The position numbers were made by a program, and so were the translations under genes. The notes under the pieces are model-generated. The model was given only the letters and a program-made list of their open reading frames with translations, did not search any database and was not told where the DNA came from. DNA of 24,509 nt from a virus. Lineage: Duplodnaviria > Caudoviricetes. Shown here in pieces: positions 8,694 through 15,166 of this stretch (its first letter is position 1; every line of letters begins with the position of its first letter). The stretch spans positions 1-24,509 of IMG/VR virus record IMGVR_UViG_3300033981_001160; one strand, 5' to 3'.

Positions 8694-10471
8694 AGCAGCA
8701 TAAGCGGCTAGTGGACGAAACCCCCGTTGTCATCAACGTGGTTGAAACAACAGAGGATTTGCAGCCGTTCCTCGACTTCACCCGGCAACACAAAGTTCTC
8801 GGTGTGGACTCCGAAACCACCGACCTCCGCATCTACTCCGACGACTTCCGGTGCCGGCTGGTGCAGTTCGGCACAGCCGACGAAGCGTGGGTGATACCCG
8901 TAGACAAGGGTGGGGCGTTTCGTCACGCCGCAAGAACCGTTCTGAAACACATTGACGGGATGGTGTTGCAGAACGCCGCTTTTGACCTTCAGGTGTTCGA
9001 CAGGTGCGTCGGGGTTCCGATGGAAGAACTGTGGCCCAAGGTTGCTGACACCCGCATCCTGGCGCATCTGGTGGACCCTCGCGGGGTGTCGGAGGGCGGC
9101 CCCGGTTTGTCTTTGGAGGACTTAACACGGCACTACATCGACCCTGCGGTGGCCGATGAGGTTAAGGGGTTGATGAATGTGTTGCGGCTGCAACACAAAA
9201 CAACGAAACAACACATTTGGCGGGTAGTGCCGTTGGATGACCCGCAGTACGAACTGTACGCCGGGATGGACCCTGTTTTGGCTTACCGCCTGTACCGCAA
9301 GCTGGCCCCGCTGGTCCCGAAAGAGTCCCGCCCACTCATCGAGCAGGAACGCAAACTCGCTGAAGTGTGTTCGTACATCGAACGCCGTGGGTTCCTCCTC
9401 GATGTCGAATACACCAAAGAGTTGTCCGAAACATTCAGGGACACAGAGGAAGCCTACTCATGGAAAGCACGCCAGTTTGGGTGCGAAAACATTTTCTCAC
9501 CTGAGCAGTTGGCTGACACTTTCCAGTCCAGGGGCCACACGTTCACTGAGTTCACCCCGACAGGGAACCGGAAGGTTGACAAGGTGTTGTTGGAGCGTTT
9601 GGTGGCTTCTGGTGACGAGTTCGCTGAGGCGGTGTTTGAGGCTAAGAAAGCGCGGAAGTGGAGGACAACATGGGTGGATGGTTTTTTGGCTGGTGTAGAT
9701 GCGGGCGGCAGATGCCACGCATCAATCAACCCTTTGAGGGCACGCACAGCGAGGATGTCGATAACCGGGATACCGGCACAAACGCTGCCGGCTGGCGACT
9801 GGTTGATCCGGCGCTGCTTCGTTGCTGACGAAGGTCACCTTATAGCGTCGGTGGACTACCAAACCCAAGAGTTGCGGGTGTTAGCCGCACTGTCGGGTGA
9901 CCAGACGATGATCCGGGCTTTCCAAACCGACCAGGACTTGCACCAGATGACCGCCGATGTTTCGGGGGTGGACCGCAAGATCGGCAAAATGGTGAACTTC
10001 GCTTACGTGTACGGCTCGGGGCCAAGGAACATCGCGGAGCAAGCCGACATTGATGTTCTGACCGCCCGGAAGGTCATTGCCGGTTTCGAGTCAAGATATC
10101 CCAGGGTTAAGCAGTTGTCTCAACGGTTACAGCGTCAGGCTGTCGCTGACGGGTTTATCACTACCCCGTTTGGGCGCAGGCTTCCGGTGGATAAGGACAA
10201 GCCGTATGCGGCTTTGAATTACATGGTGCAGTCATCATCCAGGGATATAACGGCGCAGGGTTTGTTGCGGCTGCACGCAGCCGGGTTCACACCGTATGTG
10301 CGGTTGCCTATTCACGATGAGGTTTTGGCTTCTTTGCCGGCGAATAAAGCTGGTTGGGGTGCCGAAAAGATTGGTGAGTTTATGGCTTGCACTTTTAAGG
10401 GTGTGCATATCGGCACTGACCCGGAGGTCGGTGGCCGTTCCTGGGGATCGCTTTACGGTTCAGATTATTAG
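8690..10471 (+). CDS. DNA polymerase I (family A) with 3'-5' exonuclease domain
   Basis: Exonuclease DSETT, NAAFD, YAGMD; motif A DYQTQELR, motif B RKIGKMVNFAYVYG, motif C IHDEV. Confidence 0.97.
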   Translation: MKQHKRLVDETPVVINVVETTEDLQPFLDFTRQHKVLGVDSETTDLRIYSDDFRCRLVQFGTADEAWVIPVDKGGAFRHAARTVLKHIDGMVLQNAAFDLQVFDRCVGVPMEELWPKVADTRILAHLVDPRGVSEGGPGLSLEDLTRHYIDPAVADEVKGLMNVLRLQHKTTKQHIWRVVPLDDPQYELYAGMDPVLAYRLYRKLAPLVPKESRPLIEQERKLAEVCSYIERRGFLLDVEYTKELSETFRDTEEAYSWKARQFGCENIFSPEQLADTFQSRGHTFTEFTPTGNRKVDKVLLERLVASGDEFAEAVFEAKKARKWRTTWVDGFLAGVDAGGRCHASINPLRARTARMSITGIPAQTLPAGDWLIRRCFVADEGHLIASVDYQTQELRVLAALSGDQTMIRAFQTDQDLHQMTADVSGVDRKIGKMVNFAYVYGSGPRNIAEQADIDVLTARKVIAGFESRYPRVKQLSQRLQRQAVADGFITTPFGRRLPVDKDKPYAALNYMVQSSSRDITAQGLLRLHAAGFTPYVRLPIHDEVLASLPANKAGWGAEKIGEFMACTFKGVHIGTDPEVGGRSWGSLYGSDY

Positions 10472-10474
10472 CTT

Positions 10475-10493
10475 ATTCCGCTGCCAGCGGAAT
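10475..10493. promoter_or_regulatory. 19-bp intergenic palindrome
   Basis: ATTCCGCTG-C-CAGCGGAAT directly after the polymerase stop. Confidence 0.6.
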
Positions 10494-10524
10494 CATCGAA
10501 TTAACGGAACGAAAGGGTTTGACA

Positions 10525-10878
10525 ATGGATGAGCGTGAGTTTTTCGACAAGCTGTACCAAATGTGGGCTGCCACCACCGGCGCGCAAGACCGGTACTGGG
10601 ACTACCAAAAAGACGGCAAAGACTACTTCTTCAACATCAACGCTGTCGGTGAGGACGGTGACAATAAGTTCGTCGCTTCAGTTCTGTTGGATGAAGATGC
10701 TGACTTCATCACCGCTATTCACGGGTGTTTCCCCGATCTGATTCGCACTGTGCTGGCTGCTTTGGATGAGGCTGACAGGGCTGATTTCGATAAGGACGCG
10801 CGGGAGTGCCGTATTGCGGAGTTGGAGGCTGAGTTGGCTGAGTTGCGTGCCGATTTGGAAGGGCTGATTGCTGGATGA
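10525..10878 (+). CDS. hypothetical protein with C-terminal coiled coil
   Basis: GAAAGG RBS; DADFITAIHGCFPDL core; RIAELEAELAEL heptads; ATGA overlap downstream. Confidence 0.8.
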   Translation: MDEREFFDKLYQMWAATTGAQDRYWDYQKDGKDYFFNINAVGEDGDNKFVASVLLDEDADFITAIHGCFPDLIRTVLAALDEADRADFDKDARECRIAELEAELAELRADLEGLIAG

Positions 10879-11267
10879 GCAGACCTGGCTGGGATGACTA
10901 CTTCATGGGAATAGCCGAAGCGGTATCGGAAAGGAGCGACTGTGAACGCTCGAAGGTCGGTGCGGTGGTTGTTAAAGACCGCCGGGTGCGGGGCACAGGC
11001 TACAACGGAAGCCCTGCTGGTACACCTGGGTGTTTTGACTGTCCTCGAAGATTATCGAACGTATCTCCGGGTTCTGATTACACCACCGGGGAAGGGCGTT
11101 GTGTGGCGGTCCACGCGGAAATGAACGCACTGTTGTATTGCGACCGGGAGGATTTGGTGGGTGCAACTTTGTATGTGACTAGGGAGCCGTGTTATGCCTG
11201 CGATAAGGCTATTCAGGCTGCGGGTGTTCACGGGGTTGTGTGGCCGAAAGGAAATGAAGATGAGTGA
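10875..11267 (+). CDS. deoxycytidylate (dCMP) deaminase
   Basis: RPGWDDYF, TGYNG, HAEMNA and EPCYAC zinc-deaminase motifs. Confidence 0.93.
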   Translation: MSRPGWDDYFMGIAEAVSERSDCERSKVGAVVVKDRRVRGTGYNGSPAGTPGCFDCPRRLSNVSPGSDYTTGEGRCVAVHAEMNALLYCDREDLVGATLYVTREPCYACDKAIQAAGVHGVVWPKGNEDE

Positions 11268-11565
11268 GTTGCGTGAACGTATAGCCGTCACCATTTACGG
11301 CGCGGCATCGCAGTGGGACGGGCACCCGTGGGATGCGTTGGCTGGGCACATCCAGGCGTTGTATCTCGGGCAGGCCGACGCGGTGATCGCGGAACTAGGG
11401 CTTTGGCAACAATGGAGCAACTGGCATCCAGGCTATTACCGCTGGGTCACCGACTGGATCCCACATTGGAAACACCGAACCCCTGAACCGCCGGTAATGG
11501 AGGTGGTGGCGCCGCCGTTGAGGCGGACGTGGGCGACTGAGATGGGATTAAGGCAACCGAAATGA
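11260..11565 (+). CDS. hypothetical protein, paralog of the next gene
   Basis: ELRERIA...ADAVIAELGL...YRWVTDW; ATG 11260. Confidence 0.75.
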   Translation: MSELRERIAVTIYGAASQWDGHPWDALAGHIQALYLGQADAVIAELGLWQQWSNWHPGYYRWVTDWIPHWKHRTPEPPVMEVVAPPLRRTWATEMGLRQPK

Positions 11566-11783
11566 CTGATCTACGTACCCGTATCGCCCAGGTGCTGCAA
11601 CCGCGACTGCTGTCAGACATGCGATGGCCTGACACGTCGATAGCGACACGCAACGCCGAAGTGCTGGCCGACGCGGTGATCGAACAACTAGGGCTACGTC
11701 AGGACTACGACCCGTATTCGGAACCTGAATCGTCCCGCTACCGCTACGTCACCGAATGGACAGCCGACGATGAAACTGACTGA
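11562..11783 (+). CDS. hypothetical protein, paralog of the previous gene
   Basis: DLRTRIA...ADAVIEQLGL...YRYVTEW; ATGA overlap. Confidence 0.8.
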   Translation: MTDLRTRIAQVLQPRLLSDMRWPDTSIATRNAEVLADAVIEQLGLRQDYDPYSEPESSRYRYVTEWTADDETD

Positions 11784-11922
11784 ACTGATCCTCCAACTCC
11801 ACACCGAAATGCTCACCAGAGGCAACGTCGACGTGTGGATCGGCGGCAACCGGGCCAGGCCACCCAAAGTGGTGTGGTCAGAGAAAACCGACGATCACCC
11901 CGCAGGCATCTACCTTTCTTAA
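11770..11922 (+). CDS. 50-aa hypothetical protein
   Basis: Not in the ORF track. MKLTELILQLHTEMLTRGNVDVWIGGNRARPPKVVWSEKTDDHPAGIYLS; overlaps the upstream gene end and fills the gap. Confidence 0.6.
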   Translation: MKLTELILQLHTEMLTRGNVDVWIGGNRARPPKVVWSEKTDDHPAGIYLS

Positions 11923-11944
11923 ACCCGCTACAAACTAAATTCCT

Positions 11945-11973
11945 AACCCCTCTATGTAGGGGTTTGTTTGCTT
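11945..11973 (+). terminator. probable intrinsic terminator ending the early operon
   Basis: AACCCCT-ctatgt-AGGGGTT followed by TGTTTGCTT. Confidence 0.6.
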
Positions 11974-11992
11974 ACCCTTTTAGGGAGGAAAG

Positions 11993-12400
11993 TTGCTGTA
12001 CCAGGAAATAATATTAGACCATTACAAACATCCTATTGGCCGGGGATTGCGTGAATCATTCACGCGGCAGGCAAGCCAGCACAACCCCACTTGCGGGGAT
12101 GAAGTTCAAATCCGCGTCCTAATCACTGAAAGCCGGGTGGTGGAACTGTCGCACGAAACGCAGGGCTGCTCAATAAGCCAAGCGTCAGCAAGCGTTCTCA
12201 CGGAGCAGGTCACTAACCTATCAGTTGACGAGGCAATGAATGCGATTGGGAACTTTTTCAAGCTACTTAGGGGTCAGCCTGCGGAAGGACTGACGGAGGA
12301 TGCAGCCGCGTTCCAGGGTGTACGAAATTATCCTGCCCGTATAAATTGCGCTTTCCTGCCCTGGAAAGCTCTAGAGAAGGCGCTGGGGGAGAGCAAATGA
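11993..12400 (+). CDS. sufU: SufU-type (NifU/IscU family) Fe-S assembly sulfur-transfer/scaffold protein
   Basis: LYQEIILDHYKHP, NPTCGD, GCSISQASAS and FQGVRNYPARINCA: all three Cys plus the Asp; no IscU LPPVK motif; GGGAGG RBS. Confidence 0.93.
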   Translation: MLYQEIILDHYKHPIGRGLRESFTRQASQHNPTCGDEVQIRVLITESRVVELSHETQGCSISQASASVLTEQVTNLSVDEAMNAIGNFFKLLRGQPAEGLTEDAAAFQGVRNYPARINCAFLPWKALEKALGESK

Positions 12401-13203
12401 AACACGTCGTTATGTTTAGCGGCGGGGTAGGTTCCTGGGCCACCGCGAAGCGGGTAGTAGATGAGCATGGGACAGACAACCTTTATCTTGTCTTCGCTGA
12501 TGTCAAAGGTGAAAACGATAGCCCACACCTCGGAGAAGACGAAGATGTGTACCGATTCATTGACGAGGCTGCCGCAAATCTAGGCGGCACCCTTGTGAAG
12601 TTAAAAGAAGGCAGGTCGATATGGCAAGTCTTCAAGGATGACCGTTTTCTTGGAAATAGCCGTCTGGCGAACTGCTCTAAGTTTCTCAAGCAGCGACCTT
12701 GCCGCGAGTGGTTAGAAGCTAACTGCGACCCGAATGAAACGGTGGTCTATGTCGGCATTGACTGGTCTGAAGCTCACCGGTTGCCAGCGATTGAGAACGC
12801 ATACAAGCCATACACGGCAAAAGCCCCTCTGTGTGAGCCTCCTTTAATTGACAAAAAGGACATGCTCAAGCAGTGCCGGGAAGCGGGAATAGAACCCCCG
12901 CGATCTTACGAGCAGGGCTACCCTCACGCGAATTGCGGTGGCGCTTGTGTACGTGCAGGTAAAGCGCAGTGGGCCATGCTTTTGAAGCAGAACAGGGAGC
13001 GTTATCTTTTCCACGAAAACCAGGAGTCAGAGCTTCGTCAGTATCTCGGAAAGGACGTGACTATTCTTCGGGAGCAAGTGGCGGGGGAGAAGGTTCGTCT
13101 GACTTTGCGGGGCTTCCGGGAACGCCAGGAGGAACAAGGATCGCTATTTGATGATGATGAGTTAGACCTTGGGGGATGTGGGTGCTTTGTTCAAGACGAG
13201 TAG
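12397..13203 (+). CDS. PP-loop (adenine nucleotide alpha hydrolase / PAPS reductase-like) Cys-rich protein
   Basis: VVMFSGGVGS PP-loop, LVFAD, NCSKFLK, VGIDWSE, HANCGGACVRAG, terminal GGCGCF; nine Cys; ATGA coupling to sufU. Confidence 0.82.
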   Translation: MKHVVMFSGGVGSWATAKRVVDEHGTDNLYLVFADVKGENDSPHLGEDEDVYRFIDEAAANLGGTLVKLKEGRSIWQVFKDDRFLGNSRLANCSKFLKQRPCREWLEANCDPNETVVYVGIDWSEAHRLPAIENAYKPYTAKAPLCEPPLIDKKDMLKQCREAGIEPPRSYEQGYPHANCGGACVRAGKAQWAMLLKQNRERYLFHENQESELRQYLGKDVTILREQVAGEKVRLTLRGFRERQEEQGSLFDDDELDLGGCGCFVQDE

Positions 13204-13212
13204 TTGTGGGCG

Positions 13213-13276
13213 ATCAGCGAATGCATCTACACTAACCCACACTCGACGTGACCTAGTGTTCTGACTGTAAACTGAT
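13213..13276. other. candidate attP site
   Basis: Only non-coding gap beside the integrase; imperfect dyad ATCAG...ACACTA...CAC...TCGA...GTG...TAGTGT...CTGAT centred near 13244-13245. Confidence 0.6.
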
Positions 13277-13279
13277 GGG

Positions 13280-14707
13280 ATGAAGGTTTTGGGCAGAGTC
13301 CGGTTATCCCGCAGCACAACGGAAAGCACCAGCATAGAACGCCAAAAGGAACTGATCGAACAATGGTCTGCCCTGCACGAACACGAAATCGTGGGGTGGG
13401 CTGAGGACGTTGACTGCCCCGGCTCCATTCACCCTATGGAAGCCCCTGCTCTCTCCCCGTGGTTTGGGGAGAGGGCGGGGGAGTGGGAGGTCATGGCTAT
13501 CTGGCGGCTAGACCGCCTAAGCCGCAGAGTGATCGCTTTGAACGAGGTCTTCGGGTGGATGCTGCGCCACGACAAAATCCTTGTCAGCATCACCGAATCA
13601 CTAGACCTGTCCAACTGGACAGGCAGACTAGTCGCCAACGTCCTCGCAGGAGTCGCTGAAGGCGAATCCCAAGCCATTGTGGAACGCACCAAAGCAAGCC
13701 GGATGAAACTGGTTCAGTTGGGGCGCTGGCCCGGTGGACACGCCCCCTACGGGCTGACACCGGTAGAGCTAGCGGCGGGTGGCTGGCAGTTGCAACCTGA
13801 CCCACAACAGGCGGCTGTGATACGCAGGATCGCCGCTGAACTGATCGGCGGGGCCGCTGTAGAAGCGGTAGCCAACCGGCTCAACGAGGACGGCATACCG
13901 TCCCCCAAAGGGGTCAAATGGACACCCCAAACCCTGTTCAAAATGACCCAGGCGAAATACCTGCTCGGCCATTCCACCTACGGTGGGGAAACCGTCAGGG
14001 ATGCGGAGGGTTTCCCTGTCCTCATTTCGGAGCCTGTTCTGGACGCCGCTGAATGGGATCAACTACAAGCCGCTGTCCAACTCCGCAAGTCCGGGCCTAT
14101 ATCAAGAACCCGTAACGTATCCCCGCTACTGAATGTCGCTTTGTGTTTCGAGTGTGAGCAACCCTTATTCCACCGGGTGTACCGCAGGAACTACGGGAAG
14201 AACATTTACCGGTACTACCATTGCCGGGATAACCACACCGGGATGGTGGAAGCGGGAATGGTGGAGGAATTGCTTGAGGAAGCGTTTCTTGATGCTGTGG
14301 GGGAGCGGAAAGTCCTCGAAAGGGTGTTCCGTAAGGGCGAAAACCACGAAACCGAATTAGAGGACGCTAAACGCGCCCTGGACGACATTAGTACCCTGCT
14401 GGGTACAATGACCTCAGACACGGTGAGAAAACGTCTTACAGAGCAAATGAGGGCCATAGATTTTCGGATATCGACCCTTGAAAGGTTACCGACCTCCCAA
14501 GCCGGTTGGGTTTATAAAGAAACAGGGCAAACCTTCACAGATGCGTGGAATGCAGCCGACGTAGAGCAGCGCCGGCAGTTGCTAATCAAGTCAGGCATCT
14601 ACTTCAAGATACTGCGTGTGCCAGGAACTCAGGTAATAACTTCGGACCTGTACATTCCCGACGAGATGTTAGACCGCCTTAACGCAAAAAAGCCCCCCAC
14701 CCAATAA
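13280..14707 (+). CDS. int: large serine integrase (Bxb1-like)
   Basis: RVRLSR catalytic Ser, SIERQ, WRLDRLSR, recombinase domain, zinc ribbon CFEC...YYHC and coiled coil. Confidence 0.96.
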   Translation: MKVLGRVRLSRSTTESTSIERQKELIEQWSALHEHEIVGWAEDVDCPGSIHPMEAPALSPWFGERAGEWEVMAIWRLDRLSRRVIALNEVFGWMLRHDKILVSITESLDLSNWTGRLVANVLAGVAEGESQAIVERTKASRMKLVQLGRWPGGHAPYGLTPVELAAGGWQLQPDPQQAAVIRRIAAELIGGAAVEAVANRLNEDGIPSPKGVKWTPQTLFKMTQAKYLLGHSTYGGETVRDAEGFPVLISEPVLDAAEWDQLQAAVQLRKSGPISRTRNVSPLLNVALCFECEQPLFHRVYRRNYGKNIYRYYHCRDNHTGMVEAGMVEELLEEAFLDAVGERKVLERVFRKGENHETELEDAKRALDDISTLLGTMTSDTVRKRLTEQMRAIDFRISTLERLPTSQAGWVYKETGQTFTDAWNAADVEQRRQLLIKSGIYFKILRVPGTQVITSDLYIPDEMLDRLNAKKPPTQ

Positions 14708-14731
14708 AGGGTGGGGGGTCTTTCTTGTTTT
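14686..14731. terminator. bidirectional intrinsic terminator between the converging arms
   Basis: AAAAAA-G-CCCCCCACCC-aataaa-GGGTGGGGGG-TC-TTTCTTGTTTT. Confidence 0.9.
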
Positions 14732-14891
14732 AGTCAGGCATCTTCCCGAACCGGCCATGACACAACCGGCACTCACCTATCTCCACATCCGCACGTTTAC
14801 CGTCAGGGGTGTAAAGAGACAAAGGCATAACCTCACGGCACCCACACAAACGCAAACCGGCATCCAACAAATCCTGCGGTGTGACAACCAT
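14730..14891 (-). CDS. 53-aa Cys-containing hypothetical protein
   Basis: Not in the ORF track. TGATG coupling to the upstream gene; MVVTPQDLLDAGLRLCGCREV...ECRLCHGRFGKMPD; ends at the terminator. Confidence 0.65.
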   Translation of the reverse strand: MVVTPQDLLDAGLRLCGCREVMPLSLYTPDGKRADVEIGECRLCHGRFGKMPD

Positions 14892-15157
14892 CAGACAGCC
14901 TTAAGTACAGTCCACCCGGCCAGGGTGCCCTGCTGGTCATTAGACACACTGCCGTCCAAACCAGTCACACGCCAATACAGCACACCCTGATCGGATACCC
15001 GCACCGCGATATTGCCGGTGCCAGGTTCCTCTAACACGGTGCCCACAGGGTCACCGCCCTGTGCGCGTTGCACAGCCGTCAGGACGGCTTTAACTTGTTC
15101 TTCTGTTAGGTCTGCTACTTGTGCGGTAACGGCCCGCACTAAACCGGCATCAGCCAC
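14891..15157 (-). CDS. hypothetical protein at the end of the tail operon
   Basis: 88 aa; GGGAG RBS; GDPVGTV...IAVRV motif. Confidence 0.75.
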   Translation of the reverse strand: MADAGLVRAVTAQVADLTEEQVKAVLTAVQRAQGGDPVGTVLEEPGTGNIAVRVSDQGVLYWRVTGLDGSVSNDQQGTLAGWTVLKAV

Positions 15158-15166
15158 AACAACTCC

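Noticed and set aside
5540-10471. Intein or intron in RNR or polymerase
   Set aside because: Catalytic motifs are contiguous, lengths are ordinary, no splice motifs were seen, and the HNH lies outside the RNR stop
11373-11695. DGR template/variable repeat pair
   Set aside because: Only 30 bp, both copies coding, and no reverse transcriptase present
11993-13203. Complete Dnd/Ssp phosphorothioation operon or host suf operon fragment
   Set aside because: No DndB/D/E, SspB/C, SufS or SufBCD genes in the window, and both flanks are phage sequence
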